Of a stretch of DNA of 64,000 bases, positions 34,501 through 49,500 are shown piece after piece. Below the pieces are notes generated by a model that was not told where the DNA came from, ran no database searches, and saw nothing but the letters and a program-made list of their open reading frames with translations. The stretch is from NCBI GenBank assembly GCA_965219575.1, contig OZ244779.1:1580769-1644768 (forward strand). Direction: 5' to 3'. Positions within the stretch are counted from its first letter, which is position 1, and the number at the start of each line of letters is the position of its first letter. This stretch comes from Candidatus Oxydemutatoraceae bacterium. Lineage in GTDB: Bacteria; Pseudomonadota; Gammaproteobacteria; Poriferisulfidales; Oxydemutatoraceae. The position numbers and the translations under genes were made by a program.

Positions 34501-37500
34501 GCCGGAAATATTATTTTCTAACGACAAACCCGCCGCAGCAGTATTCGAACCTCTACTTCTAATAGCGATCGTTGCAAAACTACCGAGAATAGCACCGTCG
34601 TTGGTATGTACCAAACCTGCAGAAGCATCTTGATTATCTATCGTGCCACCCACTGCACCGCTGTTGATAATGCGACCGAGATTTTGATAAACCAAAGCAC
34701 CGACACTCCCGTTCTGCAAAAGAATATCGGCATTTTCAACGCGACTATTGAAAATAGTGCCGTAGTTATATACCGCCAAAGCGGCGATTACACCGGTTTC
34801 TCTACTACTACGGATAGAGACATCTTTGAGGTGGATATCTTCCAGCCTTGCATTCTCATCCAAATAAGCAAACATGGCTATCTCGTCAAAAGCGGGGTCG
34901 TGTAGGGTCAGGTTGGATATCGCATAGCCGTTGCCTTTGAAATGCGCATCGAAGCGCGCGTTATCGCGACCGATGGGGTGCCAATCTATCCCTGCCAAGT
35001 CTATATCGGCTGTCAACTCATAACCGCGACAGCCGACACGGCAATAAAACCGATCACTATTACTCGTGCCACCTGCCCTATAAAAACGACCGTCCAAACT
35101 ATGACGCATCGCATTCAACTGTTCGGGGGTGGCAACATCTATCAAACCATCGTTGTCGCCGTCTATTGCGGCAAGGTCTATCGGCTCATTCAAACGCGAG
35201 ACACTAAAGCGGTAGCGATACGATGTGCGGTCTTCACCTTCTTCTACGACTACATCCAATAGCGTATCACCGACGGTGTCCAATGCAATCAGTGGTGTCG
35301 CAACGCCGCTCTTTACTCTGAGCACTTCGGCATCGGTGGTCGTTTTATAGACCACAATATCGGCATTCGGAGCAAACGCCTCGGCAACAAAGCGTAGACC
35401 TTGCCGGTCGGCACCGACCACAATCTCGTAATCGTTGAATGTCGCAAAATCAAAAGGTCGGCTGATACCGGCATTATCGAGTAACTCGAAACGCGCCATC
35501 AAGCTCCCCTGATACGGGAGTATCTTGCCGCACAGCGGGTTGTCGTGTCGTTCGAGTTGACATTCCTCGGCGTTGTACTTGATCACCGGAGATTGATCGG
35601 CACCACCGAAATCCCAATCGTCGGTATTCCAAGCGGCAAAAATGCCGGTCATCGTCGTCGCCCGCAACTCGGCACCGCTTCTCGCTCGACTTGCCGGCAC
35701 ATCAACCCCGGCAATGTTGCGATCAAAATAACTGTTTGTTATAACTCCGAGACTATTACTCAGGTTTCCTTGTGGCACGCCCGCTCTGGTCATCAGCATA
35801 GAGGCATAGCTATTGCCGATGTTCAAACTTCGTGTAGGGTTCGCTCCCAACATCGCTGTATTTGTCAATTCACTTTCGATCAGTGTTTCGATTCTTCCGA
35901 TCGCACGGCTGTTTTTGATCGACTCACTACCGATAGTAGCACCGTCAGCCAGCACTAATCCATGGGTGAAAGAGGGACTCTCTCTAAAACGATTTAATGA
36001 CCGCAAAATGCCGATAAAATAGCTATTACTTAACGAAGACTCGGCAAAATCGGTTGCAAAAGGAGCCACATTATGTCCGCTTAAATCTCCGATGACATAA
36101 CTATTGCGAATCGTGCTTCTCGTTAAGGATGCTGCTATTGCCACTGCTATTTCTGAATTTATATCCACATTGACTAAACCCAAGCCGTCTATATCGGAGT
36201 CCGAAACCATAGCGAAAAGTGCGATGGGATCGGGGGAATCCAATACGCTTAGATTGGATATTGCATAGCCGTTGCCTTTGAATACGGCATTGGATAAGTC
36301 AACGAATTCCCAGCTTCGAGTCCAGATAGGCCTATTTGTGGCCGGCTCTCGGTAGCTGGCAGGGTCGTTGAAATCCAAGTCTCGCATCAATTCGTAGCCA
36401 CGGCATACGCCCCTCGGACAACCCGAGGTATTGAGTTCACCCTCCCGTGCCGTTCTATAACCTATCTCTTGTTGGAAATTAAAATCCACCATTGCCACAT
36501 CTTCCAGATAATGAAGGTCTACCAAACCATCGTGGTCCGCATCTATCGGTGTCTCAAACCGGTAATCCAAATAGAGCGTATAGCGCACCGGGCGAGTGCC
36601 GTGAACCGCAATAACGACTTCGGTGGTGCCGTCGGCAGTCAGTGCAATCTCGCCACTGGGATTGCCGCCGGCAATCTCGGTGTTCTCGGGTGTTCGGACA
36701 CCGCCGATATAGACGCTATAGGTGGCACCTGCTTCGCGTGTCGTGGCAACCAGTTGCACACGCGGCGCATCGTTGAGCACCGTGGTGTAATAAGCACCGC
36801 CGATATCCAGTATTGCTTCGTCGAAGGGTGCGATGAGTTGTGCGTAACGAGTGGTGAGTGCGCTCAAGCCGTAGCGTGTTTCAGGTGCAATCAAGGTGCC
36901 GCACAGCGGGCGTTGCGATACGGTATCTTCGGCGTTGCGACACGCCGGGCGACCCAACACATCGGTTGCCGTGGTATATCTGAGAGTCGGGTATTGCATC
37001 GCAGTGCCGAAATCCCAATTTTCCTCGCGCCATAAGTAATAGACACCGGTCGGCGTGGTGCTCGGCTCGGTCGGTGCGCGCAGTTGTCGCATCGTTCTGC
37101 CTTGGAATATTTGCGGCGAAGTCACTAAATTTTGTTCAACGGTATCTGAATTATAATAATTCGCTCCGGTAATATTAATATTTGCTAGATTCCCTTGAGA
37201 ACCGGTATAAGGTAGGCTCGACGGTCCGATTGAATAATTGGCATTTAGCAATAAATTTTTATCAAGGAATAACGCACCAAAAAATCCCCCGTTGGCAATG
37301 GCATTTATTATATTGTTAAATGGCCCACCACTCACATCGACCCACGCATAGTTGTTGCCGATGTTAGATGCGCCTCCTGCACTACCGACAAAGCCTCCGA
37401 TGTTATCCGTGTTTGTACCAATTCCTGTAACCGAACCGACCGCAAAACTGTTCAATATCTTGCAACCGTTGCATCTGCCGAGCATGCCACCGGCATTTAT

Positions 37501-40500
37501 TCCGGTTGCCGACAACCGAATACCGCTACGGCTATTGACGATAACGCCGGTGCCGGCAGCGACCCCGACGATGCCGCCGACATCACCGACACCGGATACC
37601 GTTCCGGTCGCATAACTGTTGACAATTTTACCGCGAACGGTGCCGGCTATACCACCGATCTGCGAACCGGCTGCTATCCTAAAATTCGGTAGACCCAGGT
37701 TGCGTACGACACCGCTACTGTCGATCACACCGAATAAGCCTTGATTATTTTGACCGCTTCGGTTGATCTGTAGACGCGCGATTGCGTAGCCGTTGCCGTT
37801 GAAGGTGCCGGTGAACGGGGTTGTCATGTTGCCTATCGGTAGCCAACCGGTATCGGTGGCGAAGTCTGCCACGACCCAATCTTGGTTTATTTCACCCGAG
37901 AGGTAGCTGTACGGGTCGTTGAAATCGAGGTCGCGCATCAATTCGTATCGACCCGCTAGAGTGGAGGTGCTGGCAGCGATGGCATGAAAGTGCTCCAGAT
38001 AATAGATTTCGGTGAACCCGTTTCTGTCGCGATCCGCAAGCATAGGATCGTTTTGGTAGCGTATATAAAGCGGATAGTATGCCGGCGGTTTGCCTTCTAT
38101 TTCCAGTATAATGTGGTTGATGCCGTCGTCTAAAAAGATCGGGTTGCTCGTGCCACCACCGATAATCGTCTGAAAGGGGTCGCGTTTGACGAAATCAAGG
38201 TGAATGTTGATCTTTGTATTATCGTCTTGGGCAGTCGCTACGATGCGGATCGGGTTGCGGTAGACTTCACCGAAATAGTCGGCGGAACCCTCGACAAAAG
38301 ACGGATTCAATATTCCCGATGCCAAACGCAAATCTTGCAAGCCGTTGCGGATTTGGGAGGCAATCAAATCACCGCACACCGGCAATCGCGACACCGCATT
38401 GCGGTCTCGGCGGCACGCCGGGTTGCCGAATATATCCGGTTCGGCGGTGTACTTGAGTATCGGATACTCATCGGTGTCACCGAAATCCCAATCGTCGGCA
38501 TCCCAGTTGCTATAGATGCCGGTCGGACTGGTCGGCATTTGCAACTGCACCGTCGTTCGACCGGTGCCGCCGGCACTTGTATCCAGCCCGGCGGTTTCGC
38601 TGTTCCAGTAGCTCGCATCGGTATTGGTTCCGACCCTGTTATTGGCGGCAACCAGACCACCGAGGGTGCCGGAACCCGTGACACTCGATAGCGTATAGCT
38701 ATTACGAGTCCCCGTCTCAATCGCCGGAACTCCAAAAATAAAACCGACCAAACCACCGCTGTTATTTGCATCGGCATGAACCGATCCCGTCGCATAACCA
38801 TTGACGACCAAACCGTTTACGAGAATATCCCCTATCAATCCACCGACATTGTCGTCGGCTCGGATATTCACGCCGGCATAACTATTGTAAATTTCCGTAC
38901 TAAAAGCATTTATGTCTCTTAAGCTACGACCGACAACCCCCCCTGCATAACGAATGTTGCCGACAATACTGCCGTAAGCGCGGCTGTTAATAATCATACC
39001 ATTGGAGGCAAACCCGACTAATCCGCCGTAGTTGTTCGCTCTACTAGCGGGGAGTGCTTCTATATGAATCGCTGCATAGCTATTGAGGATTTTGGCATTG
39101 TTCGACGGATTGACTATACCGACTAATCCGCCGATATTGTTGCCCGTTGCGGTTATCTCGCCGATCGCATAACTGCCGATAATCTCCCCTAATGAAATAC
39201 CTGCCACTGCGCCGGTCGTGCCATCGGTATCTATTTTTACACTCAACAGACCGAGGTCGCGTACGACACCGCTATTTCCGATTACACCGAATAAACCTTG
39301 ATTATTTCCGCTATCTCGGTTGATTTGTAGATTGGATATCGTATAGCCGTTGCCGTCGAAAGTGCCGGAGAATCGGTTAGTATTATTGCCTATAGGTTGC
39401 CAGCCGAAATCGTTGCCGTCGTTAAAATCGTCCACCGTCCAGTTGCGATTGATACGACCCGAGCGGTAGCTGGTCGGGTCGTTAAAATCCAGATTACGCA
39501 TCAACTTATAATGACCGCTCGAGTTATTGCGTGTTTGATCGACGCCCTCTAAATCGTGTATTTCGGTAGATTCGTTATAGCGTATATAAAGCGGATAGTA
39601 AACCGTCGGGTTGCTTTTTATTTCCAGTACGATACGGTTGAAACCCTCGGCTAGGGTGATCGAACTGCTGGTCGTACCGCTGATAACGGTCTGGTCGGGA
39701 TGGCTTTTACCTTTGACAGTGCCGAAATAGATATTGATCGTTGTATTATCCTCTTTTGCAGTCGGCACGATACGAATAGGATTCGGGTTGCTACGCCTCG
39801 GGTCGGTGGCAACGACGCGACCGGAATAATTGCCGTTCAGACTTCTATGGGTGTCGCCGAAGGGCGGATATAATTCGTCGCCGTCGGTTAATGTTAAATC
39901 TTCGAGACCGTTGCGGATTTGGGGTGCGATTACATCGCCGCAGTCGGGCAAACCGTTGCCGTCGCAAGTCCGCATCCCGTCGGCAACGGGATTGGGGGCG
40001 TATTTGAGTATCGGGTATTGCATGTTATTGCCGAAATCCCAGTTGTCCTCGCTCCAGTTATGATAAATCTCGGTTGAATTCGTTCCCGGCGCAGTCGCCG
40101 ATTGCAGGTCTCGGGTACTCCTACCGCTTGCGTTTAGCCTCGAATCGTCGGGACGAGGCTGTCCTTCGGCGGTATCGCTGTTCCAATAATTCGGTGCAAT
40201 TACCGAAGGCATATTAACACCGGATAATATATAGTAAAAACTTCCGTCGGTTCGCCCGATCGAATAGTTGGCGGTTAAGTTTATATTACTGTTGAGACCG
40301 AGCACTCCGACAAATCCACCGTTAGCGTATCCCAAGGGGTTAAGTGCTTGCCTTATGTTGCTTTGTGCATAGTTGTCGGCAATGTCGAATGTGCTTTGCG
40401 CTCTACCGACCAAGCCGCCGGGTGGTAGAACATTACTGCCGGTATTGACGATCGGACCGATCGCAAAGCTATTTTGTATGCTACAGCCGTTGCAGTTGCC

Positions 40501-43500
40501 GACCAAGCCGCCGAGATTAGACTGGTTTGTCGACACCGCAACATCGGTATAGCTGTTGACGACGGTGCCGAGACTATCGCCGACCAAGCCACCGATATCA
40601 TTGAAATACCCGTTCACCGTTCCGATAACATAGCTGTTGGCAATCAAACCCGAACCGCTATTGGTACCGACCAAACCACCGATATTGTTGGCATAGCCGG
40701 CAATCTCGCCGATCGCATAGTTGCCGATGGCAACACCGGCGTTGTAGCCGATCAAAGCCCCGACATGATTATAGATTGCACCCGAGGTATCGATGCGTCC
40801 TACCTTCACATCCAACAAGCCGAGGTCGCGTATCACGCCGCCTTCGCCAACCGTGCCGAACAGCCCTTGGCGGTCGGTTGTGCGGTTGATTTGCAAGCCG
40901 GATATCGTATAGCCGTTGCCGTTAAGTTGTCCGATGAACGGTGCACCGCCCTCGCCTATAGGAAGCCAGCCGGTATCGCTTGCCTCGTTAAAGTCTTCCA
41001 CCGTCCATTCGCGGTTTATCCGATTTTCGGCATAGCTGTCCGGGGCGTTGAAGTTCAAGTGTCGAGTCAATTCGTAGTTGCCCGCCGGTCGGGTCGCTAT
41101 AAACCGAAGTTTGTCCAGATTATCGATCTCGGCAAAGCCGTTGCCGTCGCGATCCGACGGCACGTCATCCTTTTGAAAACTTATGAAAAGCGAATACCGT
41201 AGCGGCGGTGTTGCGACGATTTCCAGAACGATGCGGTTGATACCGTCTCGATCCAGTACGATCGGCATGCCGGTCATACCACTGACGACACTTTGGTCGG
41301 GCGTACCGTCGACAGTGCCGAGATAGATATTGATAACGGTGCCGTCTTGCATTGCGGTCGGAATCAAGGCGATGGTGTCGGTGGTGGCTCCGCCTGAATA
41401 GTTGCTACTACCGACACTGAAAACCGGTGTCAATCTACCCGATGCCAATTCCAAGCTCTTCAAACCATTGCGAATTTGCGGTGATATTAGATCACCACAA
41501 TTCGGCAAACCGTTGCTGTCGCAAACCGTAACGGTATCGGTAAATGCGTATTTTAATATCGGGTATTGCGTGTCGCTACCGAAATCCCAATCGGCGTTAC
41601 TCCAGTTCTCATAGATGCCGGTGGCAGCATTTTGATTGGTCGGTGCTTGCAGTTGTATCGTAGTTTGACCGGTGCCGGAAGCACTTCTATCCAGTCCGCC
41701 GGTCCGGCTATCCCAATAGCTGTCTTGAGCGGTGCCCGATCCTGTACCTATCAAACCTCCCAGCGCAGACCCGCTGCCGGATATATTACCGGTTGCATAA
41801 CTATTCCTTATTGTGTTCGCACCCGACGCATTACCGACCAAACCGCCGACATCGGACGCATCGCCGGCGGTAATCGCACCCGTCGCATAGCTGTTTCTAA
41901 TGACGGCATTGTTTGTTTTTTCACCGACTAAACCGCCTATATTTTGATTGGTCGCGGCATCTATCATATCGATACGACCGGTCGCATAGCTATTTCTAAT
42001 TTCACTATTTGCATACACACCGACTAAACCACCGACCGACTGTTCACCCGAAACATTACCGGTCGCATGGCTGTTGACGATATCGGCACGACCGGTGCCG
42101 GCTAATCCTCCGACCCCTTGTTCACCTACAACATTAACGGCTGCATCGCTGTTGGCAATCGAACCCCCGCTATGAATGCCGGCTAAACCGCCAACCCTAA
42201 GTGCTGCGGAGATGTCACCGTTTGCATAGCTACCGATGATGGTACCTCGATTGGAACCGACCAGTGTACCGACAACATCGGTGCCTTGTATTTTGACACC
42301 GATCAAACCGAGATTGCGCACCACACCGCCGATACCGGTAGCACCGAATAAGCCTTGATTAATGCCATTGTCTCGGTTGATTTGTAGATTGGCTATCGTA
42401 TAACCGTTGCCGTCGAAGCGACCGGTATATCGGTTGCCACTATCGCCTATGGGATCCCAACCGAGATCGTCGTCATCGTCAAAATCATCCACCGTCCAAT
42501 CGCTGTTGACCGTGCCCGAGAGATAACTGTCGGCATCGTTGAAGTCCAGATCGCGCATCAATTCGTAGTTGCCCGCTAAAGTGGAATTACTAGTACCGAT
42601 GGCATTAAGGTGGTCCAGATAATAGATTTCGGTGAACCCGTTACCGTCGCGATCCGCCAACACACGATCACCCAGATAGTTTATATAGAGCGGATAGTGA
42701 ACGCGCGTCGTGCCGGTGGTGATCTCTAGGACGATGCGATTGACACCGTCTCGATCCAATACGATCGGCATGCCGGTCATACCACTGACGACACTTTGCT
42801 CGGGCGTGCCGTCGACGCTGCCGAGATAGATATTGATAACGGCACCGTCGTGCATTGCGGTCGGGATCAAGGCAATGGTGTCGAGGGTCGCTTCGCCCGA
42901 ATAGTTGCTACTGCCGGCATTGAAAGCTGGCATCAATCTGCCCGATGCCAATTCCAGATTCCTCAAGCCGTTGCGAATTTGCGGTGATATTAGATCGCCG
43001 CAGTTCGGCAGACCGTTGCCGTCGCAAATCGTAATAGCAGCGATAGATGCGTGTTTTAATATCGGATATTGCTCGGTATTGCCGAAATCCCAATCGGCAC
43101 TACTCCAGTTGTAATAAACATCGGTCGGTGTAGTTCCCGGTGCTGTCGGCGATTGCATTTGTTCGGTGTTAAAACCGAGACCTCGCCGGCTATCACTTTG
43201 ATTACCGGTTTGTGTGTTCCAGTAGCTGTTTTGGACACGACCATCGGTACCACTAAATGTGTCTCCCAAGAAACCACCTATATTCGAGCCGCTACCCGAT
43301 ACACTACCGATAGCATAACTATCGGCAATTACTCCGTCTGCTAAATTTTGCCACAGAGTACCGACGAAACCACCGACCGATTCTTGGCCGATAACCGAAC
43401 CGGCGGCATAGCTATTTCTAATGAAAGTATTGTTTGTTTTATCGCCTACAAAACCACCGACCGACCTCTGGGTACGACACACGACACGGCCGGTCGCATA

Positions 43501-46500
43501 GCTATTTCTGATTTCCCCATTCCTGAGTACGCCGACGAAACCGCCGCAAAAACCGTTGCCGGAAACGCTGCCGGTCGCATGGCTATTGATAATTAAATTG
43601 GGAGTCACTTCTTCGGCAACACCGACTAAGCCGCCGACGCTACCGTTTCCGGTGACATTGACGGCAGCGTAGCTGTTGATAATCCAACCCGACCTCAGAT
43701 GCCCGCCGACCAAACCGCCGACATTATCGGTTCCGGTAACTTTGCCGGTTGCATAACTGCCGATGACGGTGCCTCGGTTTGCACTGACCAACGCAGCGGT
43801 ATACGCCCTACCCTCTATAGCGATACCGATCAAACCGAGGTTGCGTACGGTACCGGTGAGACTACCGAACAGACTCTGATTATCGGCATTTCTATTGATT
43901 TGCAAATTGGATATTACAAAGCCGTTGCCGTCGAAGGTGCCGGAGAATCGAGCAGCATCGGTGCCTATGGGTTGCCAGCCGTCATCGTTGGGATTATAGA
44001 AGTTGTCCACCGTCCACGCGGCTTTATTTGCCGTATCTTCGTAGTCGGCATCATCCAGAAAATCCAGGTCTCCGGTCAGTATATAGTTGCCGCTGCGATT
44101 GTTGCGTATGTTGTCGAGGTCTTCCAAAGTGTCGATTGTGATAGCCGGATTGCCGTCGTCGTTGAATAAACCGAAGCGATAGCCGAGCGATAAGTTGTAG
44201 CGGTCGACACCGCCGCTTTCGCCTTCGCTACCGGGCGTGATCACTTCTATCGCAACATGGGTCGCCGTGCTTTCGCTCAATGTTATTTCTCGGCTCGTCA
44301 CACCGCCGGCACCATCGGCAGCGGCGGTCATCGGCACGCTACGACCGGTCTCGTTGTATGCGTCGTCCAAATAGATAAAGGTGATTCGTGCATCCGGGTC
44401 GGCGGCAACGGCAATCAAATTCGCACTCGGAGTGTCGCGCTCGACGACACCGGTATAGCTCCGATAGCGGGTATCGGGCGGAGGAACCAATCTGCTTCTG
44501 CGTTCCGATACACGCAATGCGCTCAGTGCGCGCCGCGCGATTACCGTACCGCAATTCGGCAAACCGTCGCCGTCACAAGCTCGGCTACGTCCATTTTCAT
44601 TGGCAGCGTATTTCAGAACCGGGTATTGGGTGTTATTGCCGAAATCCCAATTCGCATCGCTCCAGTTGTAATAAACATCGCTCATGTTTCCCGATTGAGC
44701 ACTACCGGCCCGCAACTCGGCAGTCGTTGCCGAAGCCGAATTGCGGATTGTTGCCCCCGAACCGATACTGTTCACCAGAGGTCGCGACGATAGATCGGAG
44801 TTTGCATAGCTATTGATTAGCGATGCATTTGAATTGCTCAAGCGACCTATCAGGCTACCGCCGACATCGACCCTGCCGATGCCGTAGCCGCTTTGGTATA
44901 GACCTCGGTTGTTCGTGCCCGCCAATCCGCCGACTTCGCTACGACCACGAACCCAACCGGTGGCATAGAGGTTTCTATAGTTTGAATAGGTGGTGCCGAA
45001 TAATCCACCGACATTGCGATTACCGCTAACAAAACTATCGGCATAGCTATTGTAGCCGGTTGCGGTAGTCGGTGTGAAAACACTACGCCCGACCAAGCCA
45101 CCGACCGAGTCTCGACCGCGAACGATACCCGCTGCATAGCTGTTGCCGATGATGTTCTTGTCTTCGCCGACCAAACCGCCGGAAATACTATCGCTTGCCG
45201 AACTTTCAACGCTGCATACCGCATGGCTATTTAGGATTTCGCCGTCGTCGGCATTGCGTCCGACCAAGCCACCCAAACCTCTGCTACCGCGCACCGTGCC
45301 GTGCGCATAACTGCCGATCACCGTGCCGTCGTTCATGCCGGCCAAGGTACCGACACCGGGGTAATTGTCGGGGTGCCGATTGCCGTTGTAGTCTTCTATC
45401 TCGGCATCGATCAAGCCCAGATTGCGCACCGTCCCGACACTGCCGATGACCCCGAACAAGCCTTTGTGCATGGCGTTATCGTCGTTGTTGATTTGCAGAT
45501 TGGCTATCGTATAGCCGTTGCCGTCGAAGGTACCGGTGAACGGTGTGTTTGCATCGCCTATCGGTGTCCAGCCGAGGTCGGTCGCATCTCGATAATCGTC
45601 CACCGTCCAGAGCACTCTGAAAACGGTGCCGTCGTAGCTGGCATCGTCTTCAAAATCCAAGTTGCGGGTCAATACATAATTCCCGTGCAGACTATTGCGC
45701 ACCGCATCGAGGTCCTCCAGCGAGTCTATCGCAGTGCCGGGGCGGTATCGCAGATAGAGCGGATATTCTACGGTCGGTTGATCGGCAACACTCGGGTCGA
45801 TTTCAATAACGACATATTGGATCGTGCCTTGCCTAAGCCGAAACGGCGCACCGAGATCGCCGCTGTCGAGCGTATCGCCCAGTTGTCTGCGGGCGGTGCC
45901 GTCGTATAGATAGATTTTGATCTCGGCAGCACTATCGAATGCGACCGGTTGCAGACGGATCGTGTCGCGCAACGACAATACCTCACCCGAATAATTGCTC
46001 TGTCCGACGGCGAAGCGAGGCAACAATTCACCGTCGACTATAGATAAATCCTGCAGCAAGCCGTAGCGCAACTGCGGTGCTATCAGGCTCCCGCAGACCG
46101 GTAAACCGCCGACACCGGCAGCATTACAAGTGCGCGCACCGGCGATGTCCGGATTTTGTGCGTATTTGAGTGTCGGGTATTGCTCGGCATTGCCGAAGTC
46201 CCAGTCGTCGCTACTCCAGCCGGTATATCGGGGAGGACTCGTTGCATCCGGTGCAATCGGCGATTGCATCTGTTCGGTGTTAAGACCGCGACCGCGTTGG
46301 CTGGCACTTCGACCACTGGTTTGTATGTTCCAATAGCTGTTTTGGACGCGACCATCGGTGTTGTCAAATCTGCTTCCCAAGAAACCACCTATATTCGATC
46401 CGCTACCCGACACACTGCCGATAGAATAGCTATCGGCGATTAATCCGTTTGCTGCATTTTGCCACAGAGTACCGATGAAACCACCGACTGCATCTATGCC

Positions 46501-49500
46501 GATAGCCGAGCCGGTTGCATAGCTATCTCTAATGACGGTATTACCTACTTTATCACCTACAAAAGCACCTACGGACCTCACGCTACGACCGCTAACATGA
46601 CCGGTCGCATAGCTATTTCTGATTTCCCCGATGTTGAAAACACCGATGAAACCACCGCAAAAACCGTTGGCGGAGACGTTGCCGGTCGCATGACTGTTGA
46701 TGATCAAATTAGGAGCTTCTCTGTTAAGACCGGCAACACCGACTAAGCCTCCGACCCCCGTGTTCCCGGTGACATCGACGGCAGCGTAGCTGTTGATAAT
46801 CCGACCCGAGGCTAGATGTGCGGCAACCAAACCGCCGACATTATCGGTTCCGGTAACTTTGCCGACCGCATAACTGCCGATGACGGTACCTCGGTTTGAA
46901 CCGACCAGTGCGCCGGTGAACTGCGTACCCTCTATATTGACAGCGGTCAAACCGAGGTTGCGTATAGTACCGGTGATGCTACCGAACAGACTGTGATCGG
47001 CACCACCGCTTCTATTAATCTGCAAATTGGATATCACGAAGCCGTTGCCGTCGAACTCGCCGCCGAATCGGGCGGCATCGGTGCCTATCGATTGCCAACC
47101 GGTATCGGCAGGGTCGTCGAAATCGTCCACCGTCCAGGTCGTTTTATTTGCCAAGTCGTCGTAGCTGTCATCGTCTAGGAAATCCAAGTTGCGGGTCAAT
47201 AGATAACGCGCATTGCGACGGTTGCGTATGTTGTCGAGGTCCTCCAGCGATTCTATTTCAATAACCGCGTTGCGCGACCGGTATCGCAGATACAGCGGAT
47301 ATTCTACGGTCGGTTCGCCGTCGGCACTCGGGTTGATTTCAACGATGAGGTACTGGATGCCGTCGGGATCCAACATGATCGGCGCACTGCGGTCGCCGCC
47401 GGCAAAGGTGTTGCCGATCTGCGTCTTGATGCCGGCAACGAACTCGAAGATTTTGATCTCGGCAGCGAGATCGAATGTGATCGGTTGCAAACGGATCGGG
47501 TTTTCGGAAGACACTACGCTACCGCGATAACTGCCGTAATTTGACCCATGGAACGCCGGCTCCAATTCACCGTCGACGACGAGTATATCCTCCAATAAGC
47601 CGTAGCGGAGTTGCGGTGCTATCAGGCTCCCGCAGATTGGCAACCCGTCGCTACCGTCGGCGTTGCAACTTTGCGGGCCGTCGCTCCTTGGATTTAATCT
47701 ATATTTGAGTATCGGGTATTGCCTATCGGTGCCGAAATCCCAATCGCCGGAGCTCCAGCGGGTATATCGGGGAGGACTCGTTGCATTCGCTGCGGTCGGT
47801 GATTGCATCTCTTCGGTGGTGAGACCGTTGCCCGCAGCACTGGTGGCTCGACCGCTGGTTTGCGTATCCCAATAGCTGTTGCGAGCGGTACCCGACCCGC
47901 TTCCTATTAACCCCCCTATCGCCGACCCGATAGCGGATACATTACCGATTGCATAGCTATCGCTTATCGTGTTCGCACCCGACGACAAACCGGCAAAACC
48001 GCCCACATCGGATGCATCGCCGGCAGCAATCGCACCCGTCGCATAGCTGTTTGTAATGACGGCATTGTCCGATTTTTCACCGACAAAACCGCCTATATGC
48101 TCATTCGTAGTGACATCCGTAACACGAACACGGCCGGTCGCATAGCTATTTATGATTTCCCCGCTGCTGAATAAACCGATAAGGCCACCGGAAAGACCCT
48201 CTGCCGAAACGCTGCCGGTCGCATAACTGTTGATGATCAAATTGGAGGTCGTTCCTTCGGCAATGCCGACTAAGCCTCCGACGCTAGTGCTTGCGGTGAC
48301 ATCGACGGCAGCGTAGCTGTTGATAATCCAACCCGAGGCTAGATGTGCGCCGACCAAACCGCCGACATTATCGGTTCCGGCAACTTCGCCGATCGCATAA
48401 CTACCGATGACGGTACCTCGGTTTGCACCGGTCAGCGCACCGATATTCGTACCCTCTATATTGATATTGACAGCGGTCAAACCGAGGTTGCGGACAACAC
48501 CTCCGTCGATACTACCGAACAAACCTTGATTGATATTACTTCTATTGATCTGTAAATTGGATATCACGAAGCCGTTGCCGTCGAGACTACCGCTGAAATT
48601 GTCTATCGGCTGCCAACCTTGATCGAGCGTGTCGTTAAAATTGTCCACCGTCCACGCGGCTTTATTTGCCGCATCCTCGTAGCTGGCGTTGTCTAGAAAA
48701 TCCAGACTTCGGATCAATAGATAACGCGCACTCGGGTTGTTGCGTATTTTATACAAGTCCTCCAGTGAATCTATTTCTATGACGAGGTCAGGGTCTACGG
48801 GTCCGGGATCACTCACGACATAGGGTGGCTGCGGCGATATCAAGCTCCCGCAATCGGGGGCACCGGCTACATCGCAAACATTGCCGAACGGACCTGCGCT
48901 ATATTTAAGTCTCGGATACTCGCTTGCGGTGCCGAAATCCCAGATCTCGTCGCTCCAGTTCTCGTAAAGACCGACGGCAGCGGTCGGCATTTGCAGTTGC
49001 ATCGTTGTCCTATCTCTATCTCCGTCGGCACTCGCTCCGCTATCCCGGTAGCTGTCGTTAAAAATTAACGGAGGAAAACTGCTCTGCCTAGGAGGTACTT
49101 GAAAACCGAGCAGATCTACGCCGGCCGGTGCCGAACCCGTTGCATAACTATTTTCTATTACGCCGCCGTTAACCAGACCGATCAGCTTGCCTCCGGCAAC
49201 AATTCTACAGCTTTCGGTCAAGAGTTCTAAAGTGGCATCGGCATAGCTGTTTTTAATCGTGCTCAACGGGCCGAATTGATTGCCGACCAAACCACCGGCA
49301 TGACAATATCCGGCGACGGTTGTCGCTTGCACAAAACTATTGTAGATCTCTGCATATATATTCCTGCCGACCAAACCACCGATATGGTGGGTAGCATTTG
49401 CCACCGCCGGGTTGACTCGTATCTCGGAATCTACTACGAAACTGTTGCCGATGTAGTGGATATTATTTTCACCTTCATCAGAACCGTTTCTGCCGACCAA

